Shown piece after piece: positions 8,479-18,237 of a DNA stretch of 64,000 nt. The stretch comes from an uncultured delta proteobacterium (GTDB lineage Bacteria; Desulfobacterota; Binatia; Binatales; Binataceae). Under the pieces are notes generated by a model that saw only the letters and a program-made list of their open reading frames with translations, was not told the origin of the DNA and did no database searches. Within the stretch, counting starts at the first letter, position 1; the number at the start of each line of letters is the position of its first letter. The stretch lies in contig CAWCDG010000002.1 in assembly GCA_963794325.1 (NCBI GenBank), positions 128,001 through 192,000 on the forward strand. The letters are read 5' to 3'. The position numbers and the translations under genes are program-made.

Positions 8479-9564
8479 TCAGTCGGAATCCTGATCGAAG
8501 GGATATTGATCAGTCTTGAATGACCATCGATATGTCTTTTCGCCGGAGGTGACTGAAACCGAGTACGACTTGCCGGCCTTTAGCGGTGCGCGTGGAATAA
8601 TAAGAGCGGCCGCGTAATGCTTGAGTCCAGACTGGGCAGCCTGCACTTGGGAAGGATCCGAGCTTCGGTAGCTGTCCGCGGTGACTGTGCATGTTTCGAG
8701 CGTTTGGCCGTCCGTCGTCAACGAAACATCGCTGATATTCGGGCTGAAGTCTCGGCCAAACGAGATCAGTATGATCGACCCTGTCGGTTTTTCGTAACTG
8801 GGGCAGGCAGAGAGCGGATTGGGAAATTCGCGCATGGTGAAACGCACGTGCTTCACCGTCGTGCCGTCAGAAGGATACTCGATTGGTGTGGGCAACAGGG
8901 CGCTCTCCTGCGCTTCGGTTCCAGCAGAGATGCTCGATTCTGTGAAGCGTTGATGTTGCGGGTAGCCGTTCGCCGCTTGAGCGGCGTTGCCCAACGACCA
9001 GCTCGAGCCGCGCCCGAAGCTGAGCACCGCGGCGCACCATCCGGCTTCGCAATAGCGGCCGAAGCCCGCCTCGCGCAATGTTGGATCGAGTATCGGCAAC
9101 GCGTGAAACGGCGCCAAGAGCCAGCCTTCGATTGATTCATCATCAGTGAGTTCCGAATGGCTCGGCGGGATGACGTCGCCAGTGCGGCCAGCGACTTGAC
9201 CAGTGGACGTATACCAGGGATTGCCCGGATCCTCGTCGTGCATTTTCGCGCCGAGTTCGAAGCGGGCGTGATTCTTCACAAGGTAGCGGGCATGCCTCGC
9301 ATCAGCGTCGCTCAGAAACTTGTTATCGACGATAGGCGTGAGACCCGCAGCTTTACGCGCTTCGTTGATCCGCGAGAGCCATTCCGGCCCCGCGTTCATT
9401 GCAGTGGACGATTCCTTCCCGGGCTCTGCGATGATCGGATGCTGCGCCGGCGGCGTCGATTGCACCGACTGAGAGCATGCCGCTGCGCAGAGTGCGAGCG
9501 CGGCTATCAGCATCGGCCTTGCGAAACCGGGAAACGCCGCAAGAACCGCAGTCCCTCGGCGCAT
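8479..9564 (-). CDS. CAP/SCP-domain lipoprotein
   Basis: Lipobox-like AAAC; INEARKAAGL, ARHARYL, WLLAPFHALPILDP. Confidence 0.75.
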   Translation of the reverse strand: MRRGTAVLAAFPGFARPMLIAALALCAAACSQSVQSTPPAQHPIIAEPGKESSTAMNAGPEWLSRINEARKAAGLTPIVDNKFLSDADARHARYLVKNHARFELGAKMHDEDPGNPWYTSTGQVAGRTGDVIPPSHSELTDDESIEGWLLAPFHALPILDPTLREAGFGRYCEAGWCAAVLSFGRGSSWSLGNAAQAANGYPQHQRFTESSISAGTEAQESALLPTPIEYPSDGTTVKHVRFTMREFPNPLSACPSYEKPTGSIILISFGRDFSPNISDVSLTTDGQTLETCTVTADSYRSSDPSQVQAAQSGLKHYAAALIIPRAPLKAGKSYSVSVTSGEKTYRWSFKTDQYPFDQDSD

Positions 9565-10007
9565 CAGTTCTTGCAGAGTCCTTGCGAGCGCAGGTACATC
9601 ACGTCGGCATCCGTTAAAGGCGCGCCCTTAAGAGCCTGCGCAGAAACGACGGAACTATGCTCGGCATTGATACCGCAATTGACGGCAATCGGGGTGCCTC
9701 CGGGCGTCTGTGTGCTTGTATGTACCCATGAAGTACGAGCGCTGTTGCCTTCGCGCTCGCGGGGATCGACCGTTAGACCAGTATTTGACTCTACTACCGG
9801 TTGCTTGGCGATCTGTTCGCAAATCGGTTCCGCGTTGATCTCGCATCCCGATGCGCCCGCGGAACTTGAACCGCTGGGAGCTGAATTCGCGGTCGAAACA
9901 GACTGTGTGGCGCAGGCGGAAAAGACCCCCACGCCCGCGAGCAAAATGATCGCACCCAAGATCCAGGACCTCGGCGGCGCAGAAAAAACCAACAAAGGTG
10001 ATCGCAT
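9564..10007 (-). CDS. Hypothetical lipoprotein
   Basis: FSAC lipobox; stop overlaps next start (TGATG coupling). Confidence 0.65.
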   Translation of the reverse strand: MRSPLLVFSAPPRSWILGAIILLAGVGVFSACATQSVSTANSAPSGSSSAGASGCEINAEPICEQIAKQPVVESNTGLTVDPREREGNSARTSWVHTSTQTPGGTPIAVNCGINAEHSSVVSAQALKGAPLTDADVMYLRSQGLCKN

Positions 10008-10206
10008 TTCCCCCCCCTCCTAAAATGACGAGCGTAAGGAACTTACCAATCCGCAAATTCGATTACAACAAAAGGTGGAATCAACAACACCTCTTTTTGA
10101 ATTGCGCTGCGGTCGCGAAACTTAGTTTGTGAATTCGGGAGGGGGTTGATACCGTCAGACGATACTCGCACGCGGCTTGGGGGCTTCGTGCTTAGGGGAC
10201 GATTCG

Positions 10207-10458
10207 ATGCGTAAGATCATCATGTCGGGACTGTTTGCGATCGCGGTGGCGGGTCTTGCGTATGCGGCTGACCGCGATCGTCACGCTGACTACAGCGATC
10301 CCAAAGCGCCAACTGCGGCGGCCTTATGCAAGGGCTTCTACGGCACTGACGACAACCTCACCGCCTGCAACGACTTCTGCGGCCAATACCGGACCGATAA
10401 CCAGGGTGCGACTTGCGAGTGCACCGACGGCAAGTGCCCGGCCGACGACCATCCGTAG
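10207..10458 (+). CDS. Small secreted protein with six cysteines
   Basis: Signal peptide MRKIIMSGLFAIAVAGLAYA; C..CxxxC..CxC..C; strong GC3 bias. Confidence 0.7.
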   Translation: MRKIIMSGLFAIAVAGLAYAADRDRHADYSDPKAPTAAALCKGFYGTDDNLTACNDFCGQYRTDNQGATCECTDGKCPADDHP

Positions 10459-10463
10459 ATCGT

Positions 10464-11237
10464 TCACGCGGCGTCGTGGAAGATGACGCCCATCGCATAG
10501 CGCACACCTGATTTGATCGTGCTGACGCCGTGACGCATATTCACGCGATGGAACCCTCGGGCGCCGGGCGCGGGGCGGTAGCGATTGGCGAAAATTATTC
10601 CCTCGCCACTATTGAGCGCGATTGCCTCGCCACGCGACTGTGCCCGCGGGCGCTGCTCGACGAGCAATAGCTCGCCGCCTTCGAAGTCGCGCCCACGCCG
10701 GCTCAGCGCACAGGTGAATTGAAGCGGGAACGCGACCTCGCCGTACAAATCCTGATGGAGGCAGTTGTAGCCGCCGCTCTCGTAGCGAAGGATCAGCGGC
10801 GTCGGCCGGGTCTGTCCATGGGCGGCGCACACTTCCAGAAATTCGGCGAGGGTCGGTGGATATGAATCGGGCGAGCGCATCCGACTGGTCCATCGATTAG
10901 CCGCGGGCACGAGCTTGCGATATATCGAGGCGCGCAATTCGTCGACCAGCGGCGGCATCGGGCGCGCGAAATACTTGTACTCGCCGACGCCGTAGCTATG
11001 ACGCTCCATCACGACGCGGCTGCGAAAGCGATCGCGATCCGGATAAAGCGCAATCAGGTCCGCGCATTCGGCGGCGCGCAAAATGGAGCCCGTGAGCGCA
11101 TAGCCTTGCGCGTCGAGGTCGCGATCGATGCGCTCCCAATCGAGCGCCGCGATGCGATCGCCGATGGGCAGCACAGTCTTACGCGGCGTTGGCGCGGATG
11201 AACGCTCCAATTTTATCGATCGCCTGCTGACCTTCAT
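10464..11237 (-). CDS. 2OG-Fe(II) oxygenase (DUF2086-like); true start uncertain
   Basis: YNCLHQDLYGE, EQRPRAQSR, RHGVS, GVIFHDA motifs. Confidence 0.85.
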   Translation of the reverse strand: MKVSRRSIKLERSSAPTPRKTVLPIGDRIAALDWERIDRDLDAQGYALTGSILRAAECADLIALYPDRDRFRSRVVMERHSYGVGEYKYFARPMPPLVDELRASIYRKLVPAANRWTSRMRSPDSYPPTLAEFLEVCAAHGQTRPTPLILRYESGGYNCLHQDLYGEVAFPLQFTCALSRRGRDFEGGELLLVEQRPRAQSRGEAIALNSGEGIIFANRYRPAPGARGFHRVNMRHGVSTIKSGVRYAMGVIFHDAA

Positions 11238-12069
11238 CGAGCATCGGCGCGAAAACCTGGAAGACGTGAATCATGTTCTCCCACGGCTCGAGCGTGACCT
11301 TCACGCCCGCCTTGCGCGCGCGCTCGGCGATTCGGGTCGAGTCGTCGAGCAGAGTTTCGGCGGTCCCAACCTGGATCAGCAGCGGCGGCAATCCCGCGAG
11401 GTCGGCATAGAGGGGAGCGGCGAGCGGACTGCGCGCGTCCTGACCGGCGAGGTAGTGAGTCGCCATCTCGAGCAGCGCTTCCTTCTGCACCATCGGGTCA
11501 ACCGACGACTTCGACTTCATCGAATCGCCGAGGCCCTCGAGGTCGACCCACGGCGACAGGCATACGCCAGCGCCTGGAGTGGCGAGTTTCGCATCGCGAA
11601 TCGCAACCAGTGTCGCCACTGTGAGGCCGCCGCCTGCCGAGTCGCCCGCGACCGAGATGCGGGAAGCTTTGAGTCCTTGCGCGAGCATCCAGCGATACGC
11701 CGCGACGCTATCCTCGACCGCGGCGGGAAACGGATGTTCCGGTGCGAGACGGTAATCGATTACCAGCACGCGGGCTTTAGCCGCGCGCGAGATTCGTGAC
11801 GCGAGATCGCGATGCGTATTGATCGAGCCGATCACATAGCCGCCGCCATGCAGGTAGAGCACCGCGCATCCCGCGTCGGCGCCGGGCGCAGTCACCCATT
11901 CGGACTTGACGCCGCCCGCATTCACCGGTTCGCATTTGACGTCGGCGGCGAGAGGAAACACGTTTGTCATCTGCTCGAAGTTGGCGCGCGTCTCCTGGAC
12001 CGTCGGACGACCCGCGATCGGTTGCGCCTTGAGCATCTGGATTATCTGCTGGAGTTGCTGTTGCGACAT
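11179..12069 (-). CDS. Alpha/beta hydrolase, HSL (family IV) esterase
   Basis: HGGG, YRLAPEHPFPA, GDSAGG; GAGG RBS before ATG 12069. Confidence 0.93.
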   Translation of the reverse strand: MSQQQLQQIIQMLKAQPIAGRPTVQETRANFEQMTNVFPLAADVKCEPVNAGGVKSEWVTAPGADAGCAVLYLHGGGYVIGSINTHRDLASRISRAAKARVLVIDYRLAPEHPFPAAVEDSVAAYRWMLAQGLKASRISVAGDSAGGGLTVATLVAIRDAKLATPGAGVCLSPWVDLEGLGDSMKSKSSVDPMVQKEALLEMATHYLAGQDARSPLAAPLYADLAGLPPLLIQVGTAETLLDDSTRIAERARKAGVKVTLEPWENMIHVFQVFAPMLDEGQQAIDKIGAFIRANAA

Positions 12070-12140
12070 CGATTTAACCTCTTCGGAATGGGCTTCCCGA
12101 ATATATAGCGCTGCCTCAGGCAAAATACACTTGATTTTAA

Positions 12141-12236
12141 GTGAACCCTCCGCGGGTTTCACGCTTCCGCGGCAGGGGTGACCCCTGCACCCAGTATTAA
12201 TCGCAAAACGGCGAGGACGCCATTTCGCTCTCGGGG
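12141..12236 (+). repeat. Family-A structured repeat
   Basis: GTGAACCC..GGGTTTCACGCTTCCGCGGCAGGGGTGACCCCTGCACCCAGT plus third hairpin with AGGA loop. Confidence 0.9.
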
Positions 12237-12263
12237 GCGGGGGCGGAGGGAGCAGAGAATGAC

Positions 12264-12336
12264 AGTAGGACGGAATTTATTCCGTCAAAGGAAAAAGCGC
12301 CACACAATGGATCGACGGAATAAATTCCGTCCTACT
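12264..12336. repeat. GTAG-type REPIN, family B, inverted relative to the 8404 copy
   Basis: Identical 23-bp arms; spacer resembles the reverse complement of the 8427-8452 spacer. Confidence 0.9.
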
Positions 12337-12347
12337 GAGGAGATGTG

Positions 12348-13370
12348 CTAGTGCGCGAATTCCACCATCACCTTGGCCTGGGTGCCGGGACGTTTGAGGG
12401 CGGTGAACATGTCGGGGACCTGTTCGAGGTTGATGACGTCGGTGATCATCGGGGTCGCGTCGATGGCGCCGGACGCGAGTGCGTCGATGGTCGCCTGGAA
12501 TTCGCCGCGCGTGTAGGCGAGCGCGAAATTGATTTGCACTTCTTTCATCACGCAGCTCAGTGGGTAGATGCTGTCGGATTCCATGCACACGCCGATCACG
12601 ACGACCTGGCCGTGCCTTCCGACCATCCCGATCGCGGCGCCGAGCGTGGATTTGACGCCGATACATTCGAAGACGACGTCGGGCGGGCGGCCGGTGATCG
12701 ATCTCACAGCGTCGGCAGGATCGCCCTCCGTCGGATTCACGACTGCGCTGGCGCCGAGTTTCATCGCAAGCTCGGTGCGCCCCGGCGCGAGTTCCGACAC
12801 GACGACTGCGCTCGCACCCTTGGCCTTGGCCCAAATCAAGGTGGATAGGCCGATCGGCCCCGCGCCCATCACGACAACGCCCATGCCCGGTTCGATCGAG
12901 GCGTGATTTACGCCGTGGAGCCCGACTGAGAGCGGCTCGACGAGCGCGCCCGCGCGTGAGCTGACGTTGGCCGGAAGAGCGAGCAGGCTCGCGGCGCTGC
13001 ATGCGACGAACTCCGCATACGCTCCGGGGAGTTGGCCGAGGCCGAGGCTGAGCTGCTTCGAACAATGCATCGAGTCGTCGCTACGGCACCATGTGCAGAT
13101 GCCGCAAGAAGTGCGAGGCAGCGACGTGACGCGATCGCCGAGCCGGTAACCATCGACGCCGGCGCCCACTGAAAAAATCTCGCCGCAGAATTCGTGGCCC
13201 ATCACGGTGTCCGTCGCCATCCCGAGTCCGTACTGGACGGCATGCAAGTCGGAGCCGCAGATTCCGCAATCGTGAACTTTAAGGATGACTTCGCCGACGC
13301 CGGCGATTGGATCGGGCACGTCGATAACGGCCATCTCGTCTCTCTTTTTGAACACTGCAGCTCTCATCAC
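12348..13370 (-). CDS. Zinc-dependent alcohol dehydrogenase (MDR family)
   Basis: CGICGSDLH, GHE, CGICTWC structural Zn site, GAGPIG. Confidence 0.93.
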   Translation of the reverse strand: MMRAAVFKKRDEMAVIDVPDPIAGVGEVILKVHDCGICGSDLHAVQYGLGMATDTVMGHEFCGEIFSVGAGVDGYRLGDRVTSLPRTSCGICTWCRSDDSMHCSKQLSLGLGQLPGAYAEFVACSAASLLALPANVSSRAGALVEPLSVGLHGVNHASIEPGMGVVVMGAGPIGLSTLIWAKAKGASAVVVSELAPGRTELAMKLGASAVVNPTEGDPADAVRSITGRPPDVVFECIGVKSTLGAAIGMVGRHGQVVVIGVCMESDSIYPLSCVMKEVQINFALAYTRGEFQATIDALASGAIDATPMITDVINLEQVPDMFTALKRPGTQAKVMVEFAH

Positions 13371-13397
13371 TCCCCTCCAAATCCGGGACGCGCGTAC

Positions 13398-13781
13398 TTA
13401 TTTCTGCTGTATCAATTCGATCTTGTAGCCGTTGGGATCCTCGATGAAGGCGATGGAGGTGGTGCCATGCTTCATCGGGCCGGGCTCGCGCACAACCTTG
13501 ACGCCCTTTTGTTTGAGGTCGGCGCAGGTCTGGTAGATGTCGGCGACGCCGAGCGCGATGTGTCCGTAGGCGGTGCCGACCTCGTACTTCGAAGTGCCCC
13601 AATTCCAGGTGAGTTCGAGGACCGAGGTTTCCCTCTCGTCGCCGTAGCCGACGAAGGCGAGGGTGAACTCGCCACCGGGGAAGTCGTTCTTGCGCAGCAG
13701 TTTCATCCCGAGTTTGTCGCAGTAGAACTTGAGCGATTCGTCGAGGTTGTTGACGCGGAGCATCGTGTGCAGCAGGCGCAT
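13398..13781 (-). CDS. gloA: Lactoylglutathione lyase (glyoxalase I)
   Basis: [47 protein letters not shown]. Confidence 0.95.
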   Translation of the reverse strand: MRLLHTMLRVNNLDESLKFYCDKLGMKLLRKNDFPGGEFTLAFVGYGDERETSVLELTWNWGTSKYEVGTAYGHIALGVADIYQTCADLKQKGVKVVREPGPMKHGTTSIAFIEDPNGYKIELIQQK

Positions 13782-13785
13782 GCGG

Positions 13786-14079
13786 TCACTCCTTTGGCTT
13801 GATGCCGGTGCGAGCGCGCTTGGCGTCGATGGCCTTGGTGAGCTCGCCTTTGATTTCGGCAAAGATGTCCTCGGTCGGCGCGATTCCGACGGCCTTCATG
13901 CGATCGACCAGTTCGTAGCGCTCGAGCGCGAGGATGGTTTTGGCTTCATGTTCATGCATTCGTTTGAGGCGCACGAGTTCGAGGATCGCGAGCTCGCGGA
14001 CGCGGCCGGCGAAGACGGACTCGGTGAGTTTGGCGTCGAAGATGTCGTCCGGGAGGTCGAGTTTGAGATTCACAATCAT
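13786..14079 (-). CDS. UPF0175-like small protein
   Basis: LDLPD N-terminus, [14 protein letters not shown]....M...GI pattern. Confidence 0.55.
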   Translation of the reverse strand: MIVNLKLDLPDDIFDAKLTESVFAGRVRELAILELVRLKRMHEHEAKTILALERYELVDRMKAVGIAPTEDIFAEIKGELTKAIDAKRARTGIKPKE

Positions 14080-14133
14080 CTGATGTCCGACTTTCCGCAA
14101 TCGGGAAAGTATTGTCAAACGCGGTGGGAAGGG

Positions 14134-14350
14134 TGGAAGGGGAAATCACTTCATTAAATGTGAAACCCGCAGTGGGTTTCACGCTTCCTTCGGCAGGGGT
14201 GACCCCTGCACCCAGTGAAGGAAAAACAAGGATGCGGGACTTCGTCCCTGTAAGAAGGGTTAGGGCGGAGCTTCTCCACGCGATTGTTCCCCTTCCCTCG
14301 AGGGAAGCGGTTAGGGGTTAGGTTCTTCGCGCTTGCGCGCGATTCCGAAC
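14134..14350 (+). repeat. Composite family-A plus family-E repeat
   Basis: Colinear with 17977-18197 from AAGGGGAAATCACTT through GTTAGGTTCTTCG..GCGCGCGATTCCG. Confidence 0.9.
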
Positions 14351-15061
14351 TCACAGATAAGAAAATGCGGCGGCGAATTTTGGTTTACCGCCGGATTCCA
14401 GAACGTCGCCGTGGGTGACGATTACTCGATCGAAGTCCCATTCGAGAATCGTCGCGACGGATTCGCGCGCGGCTTTACCGTCGCGAATTATCAGACGAAC
14501 CAGGCGATGAGGCCCGAAGCGGCCGCGGCCGCCGACGATTGTGTAGAACATCCATGCGTCTTTGAAATCGTCAGGCACGTTGAAGACCAGATCGGTGAAA
14601 ATCGCGGTGCGGCTCGGCCGGTGAAAGAAGACCACCTCATTCAGACCGGTCGCACCCTTAAATAGATGCTGATCGAGCTCGCCGGCCCATTCAGCTTGAG
14701 GATCGTCGCCGAGGGTCGCGTCGAGTTTCAGATCGGGCCGCGCGCCGAAGCGTGCTCTGAAATCCTTGATATCGCCGACCAGGCCGGGCGGTCCGTACAG
14801 CTTCGCAGCGGGCCAGGTCTTGATGTAGTCACCGACGAACAGGTGATGCGCGCGCGACGGCGCCACTACTGCGCGAACCTCGCCGAGCGCATCGAGTGAC
14901 CGCTTCGTTTCATATTCGAGTTTGGTCGGCGAATGGAGGAACAGGCCGCCGCTGGCGAGCTTGATTACCGTCATCCGCGTGCCGATTTTTGCAAAGCCGG
15001 TGTTGAAGTCCGGTTGGTCGACGATCCACAGATTGGCGGCGAGATTTTTCGGCTGTGGCAT
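14351..15061 (-). CDS. DUF4336-like metallo-beta-lactamase-fold protein
   Basis: TRMTVIKL..GGLFLHSP, HHLF, EVVFFH, WDFDRVIVTHG. Confidence 0.85.
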   Translation of the reverse strand: MPQPKNLAANLWIVDQPDFNTGFAKIGTRMTVIKLASGGLFLHSPTKLEYETKRSLDALGEVRAVVAPSRAHHLFVGDYIKTWPAAKLYGPPGLVGDIKDFRARFGARPDLKLDATLGDDPQAEWAGELDQHLFKGATGLNEVVFFHRPSRTAIFTDLVFNVPDDFKDAWMFYTIVGGRGRFGPHRLVRLIIRDGKAARESVATILEWDFDRVIVTHGDVLESGGKPKFAAAFSYL

Positions 15062-15129
15062 GCGTATTGATTTAACGCGACAGGAAGGGATGCACCAGCC
15101 GATTCTTTAGCCAGCGGAGGCCGCATTAA

Positions 15130-15389
15130 TAACCTCCCCTTGTCCGAGGGGAGAGCCTGCCCTGAGCGAAGCCGAAGGGTCGGCGCGCGCCGAAGGAGTG
15201 CGCCGGGCGGGGTGCAACGCCAGGCGTCACAGAAAGCCCTGTTGTGCTGCTGTCGAGCTGCGAACGCGTTTCTCTGCATCGAGATTAAACGAGTCGGGGT
15301 TGGTGGGCTGTCGCACGTTGCACCTCTCCCGGCGCACCGCTTTTCAAGCGGCTTTCGCCGACCTCTCCTCGGACAAGGAGAGGTGGGAT
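15130..15389. mobile_element. Family-D MITE-like element carrying a 25-bp insert at 15154-15178
   Basis: Terminal inverted repeats and internal sequence homologous to 32181-32418 and 50751-50988. Confidence 0.85.
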
Positions 15390-15503
15390 CTCAGAGGCCT
15401 TTGCACAGTGCTGGGGTTATGTTTTAAGTTCATGCCGCAGCGGTCGGTGGGGTGATCGTCATAGCCGGTACAGGCGCTCGAGCCGTGCCAGGAGAGATGC
15501 GCG

Positions 15504-16694
15504 ATGGATTTCAATTTTAATCCCGAAGATGATGCGTTCCGGATGGAGTTTCGTGCGTGGCTCGACGCCAACAAGCAATTCGCGCCGCATATGGGCGAAA
15601 CCACGATCGGGATGGCCGAAGGTCGCGGCGAATTCGATCAGCAAAAGCGCTGGGCGAAGAAAATGGCCGAGGGACGCTGGCTCGCGCCGAGCTGGCCTGA
15701 GAAGTACGGCGGACGCGGCGCGGGAATTTTGCAGAATATCGTCTATGGCGAGGAGCTCGCGCGCGCGGGCGTCTCGGCGCCGATGATCGGGATGGGTATC
15801 AGCCTGTTCGGGCCGACCCTGTTGCATTGGGGGAACGAGGAGCAGAAGCAGCGGTTTATTCCGCCGATCATGAAGGCGGAGGAGATCTGGTGCCAGGGGT
15901 ATTCAGAGCCGGGATCGGGATCGGACCTGGCTTCATTGCAGACCCGCGCAGTCGAGGACGGCGACTACTTCGTCGTCAACGGGCAGAAAGTGTGGACCTC
16001 GATCGCGCAGCACGCCGACTGGATTTTCTTGCTGGTAAGAACCGATCCCGACGCGCCGAAGCATAAAGGGATCAGCTATCTGATGGTCGATATGCATAGC
16101 CCGGGCGTGACGGTGCGTCCGCTGGTGCAGATCACCGGCAACAAGGGATTCAACGAAGTTTTTTTCGAAGACGTGCGGGTGCCGAAGAAAAATCTGGTCG
16201 GCGAGAAAAATTCGGGCTGGCAGGTCGCGATCACCACGCTGATGTTCGAGCGCTCGGGCGGCGGCGGCGATCGCGGCGGGATGTCGCAAGTTCGCGAGCT
16301 GGCGTCGCTCGCCAAATCATTGCAGCGCAATGGCGCGACGGCGTGGGACGACGGCAGCGTGCGGCAGAAAATCGCGGAGTTCGCCTGCGAGGCGATGGCC
16401 CTGCGCTACACCGGGTATCGGCAGCTCACGCGGCGGCTCAAGGGGATACCGCCGGGGCCTGAGGGCTCGATGATGAAGCTATGCGGCACCGAGTTGAACA
16501 TGCGGATTCAATTGTTCGCGATGGAACTGCTCGGGCCTTACAGCCAGATCGAGTACAAGGCGCCGTTCGCGATCGACAAGGGTAAGTGGTCGTTCCGGAT
16601 GCTCGCGGCGCGCGGCGGCACGATTGCGGCGGGCAGCAATCAGATACAACATAATATTATCGGCGAGCGCGTGCTCGGACTTCCCAAGGGCTAA
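15504..16694 (+). CDS. Acyl-CoA dehydrogenase
   Basis: WCQGYSEPGSGSDLASL, NGQKVWTS, FNEVFFEDVRVP, IIGERVLGLP. Confidence 0.95.
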   Translation: MDFNFNPEDDAFRMEFRAWLDANKQFAPHMGETTIGMAEGRGEFDQQKRWAKKMAEGRWLAPSWPEKYGGRGAGILQNIVYGEELARAGVSAPMIGMGISLFGPTLLHWGNEEQKQRFIPPIMKAEEIWCQGYSEPGSGSDLASLQTRAVEDGDYFVVNGQKVWTSIAQHADWIFLLVRTDPDAPKHKGISYLMVDMHSPGVTVRPLVQITGNKGFNEVFFEDVRVPKKNLVGEKNSGWQVAITTLMFERSGGGGDRGGMSQVRELASLAKSLQRNGATAWDDGSVRQKIAEFACEAMALRYTGYRQLTRRLKGIPPGPEGSMMKLCGTELNMRIQLFAMELLGPYSQIEYKAPFAIDKGKWSFRMLAARGGTIAAGSNQIQHNIIGERVLGLPKG

Positions 16695-16706
16695 GGCGCT
16701 GATGAT

Positions 16707-16755
16707 CTGGTTCATGCAAATCCGGGAAAGAATCACAGGCTGAAGCCTGTGCCAC
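16707..16755. repeat. Family-C REP, single arm plus spacer
   Basis: CACAGGCTGAAGCCTGTGCCAC with upstream spacer matching 31016-31065. Confidence 0.8.
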
Positions 16756-16788
16756 AGATTCGCGAGTAACGGGAGAAGTATTCATTCG

Positions 16789-17970
16789 ATGGATTTTAAC
16801 TATACGCCGGAAGACCAGGCATTTCGGACCGAAGTGCGCGCGTGGCTCGAAGCCAACAGGAAATTTGCACCGCCGCCGAGCAATATCATGGCCGACGAGG
16901 GCGCGGGCGACTGGGAGGCGCGCGTCAACTGGCACAAGAAGTTGAACGAAGGCGGCTGGGTCGCCGTCAATTGGCCCAAGGAATACGGTGGACGCGGCGC
17001 CACCGTCATGCAGCGCCTGATCTATCGCGAAGAGCTCGGCCGGCTCGGGCTCAACGAGCCGATGATCGGAATGGGAATCAGCCTGCTGGGGCCTACGCTG
17101 ATGCATTGGGGGACCGAGGAGCAGAAGAAAAATCATATTCCGAAAATTTTGAAGGGCGAGGAAGTCTGGTGCCAGGGATACTCGGAGCCGGGATCAGGCT
17201 CGGACCTCGCGTCAGTGCAGACTCGCGCGATCGATGACGGCGACGACTTCGTCGTCAACGGACAGAAAGTCTGGACCTCGATGGCGCAGCATGCCGATAT
17301 GATCTTCGCGCTGGTGCGCACCGATCCCGACGCGCCCAAGCATAAGGGAATCAGCTACCTGTTAATCGACATGCACAACCCCGGCGTCACGGTGCGCCCG
17401 CTGGTGCAGATGACCGGCGGCAAGGGCTTCAACGAAGTTTTCTTCGAGGACGTGCGCGTGCCGAAGAAAAATATCGTCGGCGAGCGCAATAACGGCTGGC
17501 AGGTCGCGATGACCACCCTGATGTTCGAGCGCGGCAGCGGTGGCGGCGAAGGCTATCTCGGCGAAGTGCATGAGCTGGCGCGGCTCGCCAAGCGAATCCC
17601 GCGCAACGGCAGCAACGCGTGGGACGATTCGAGCGTGCGCCAGAAGGTCGCCGAATTCGCGGCCGAGGCGCTCGCGCTTCGATACACCGGCTATCGGCAA
17701 TTGACGCGTCAGTTGAAGGGGATGCCGCCGGGGCCGGAAGGCTCGATGATGAAACTGTGCGGCACCGAGCTCGGCCTCAAGATTGCGCTGTATGCGATGG
17801 AGCTGCTGGGGCCGTACAGCCAGCTGGAATTCAACGCGCCGTTCGCGCCCGACAAGGGCAAGTGGTCGTTCAGGATGCTCGCGGCGCGCGGCCCGACAAT
17901 CTACGCGGGGACGAATCAGATCCAGCACAACATTATAGGCGAGCGGGTGCTGGGACTGCCGAAGGGCTAG
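16789..17970 (+). CDS. Acyl-CoA dehydrogenase, close paralog of 15504-16694
   Basis: Same motifs; long identical peptide stretches. Confidence 0.95.
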   Translation: MDFNYTPEDQAFRTEVRAWLEANRKFAPPPSNIMADEGAGDWEARVNWHKKLNEGGWVAVNWPKEYGGRGATVMQRLIYREELGRLGLNEPMIGMGISLLGPTLMHWGTEEQKKNHIPKILKGEEVWCQGYSEPGSGSDLASVQTRAIDDGDDFVVNGQKVWTSMAQHADMIFALVRTDPDAPKHKGISYLLIDMHNPGVTVRPLVQMTGGKGFNEVFFEDVRVPKKNIVGERNNGWQVAMTTLMFERGSGGGEGYLGEVHELARLAKRIPRNGSNAWDDSSVRQKVAEFAAEALALRYTGYRQLTRQLKGMPPGPEGSMMKLCGTELGLKIALYAMELLGPYSQLEFNAPFAPDKGKWSFRMLAARGPTIYAGTNQIQHNIIGERVLGLPKG

Positions 17971-17976
17971 GGCGCG

Positions 17977-18197
17977 GGAAGGGGAGATCACTTTATTTAA
18001 TGTGAAACCCTTCGCGGGTTTCACGCTTCCGCGGCAGGGGTGACCCCTGCACCCAGTGAAATCGCAAAATGGCGCGGACGCCATTTTGCTCTCAAGGGCG
18101 AGGGGAGAGAACGCCGATCCCTCCTCGCGATTGTTCCCCTTCCCTCGAGGGAAGGGGTTAGGGGTTAGGTTCTTCGAGCGTGCGCGCGATTCCGGAT
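17977..18197 (+). repeat. Composite family-A plus family-E repeat
   Basis: Colinear with 14134-14350; third hairpin GCAAAATGGCG-CGGA-CGCCATTTTGC. Confidence 0.9.
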
Positions 18198-18237
18198 CTG
18201 CCCCGCGCCGCGCAGTTATCCACAATGTTACGCGCGG

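Noticed and set aside
14112-15455. Short ORFs with recurring peptides (VKPAVGFTLP, LTPNPFP, RRPLLGQGEV), also at 18056, 32195 and 50748
   Set aside because: Translations of non-coding repeat families A, D and E
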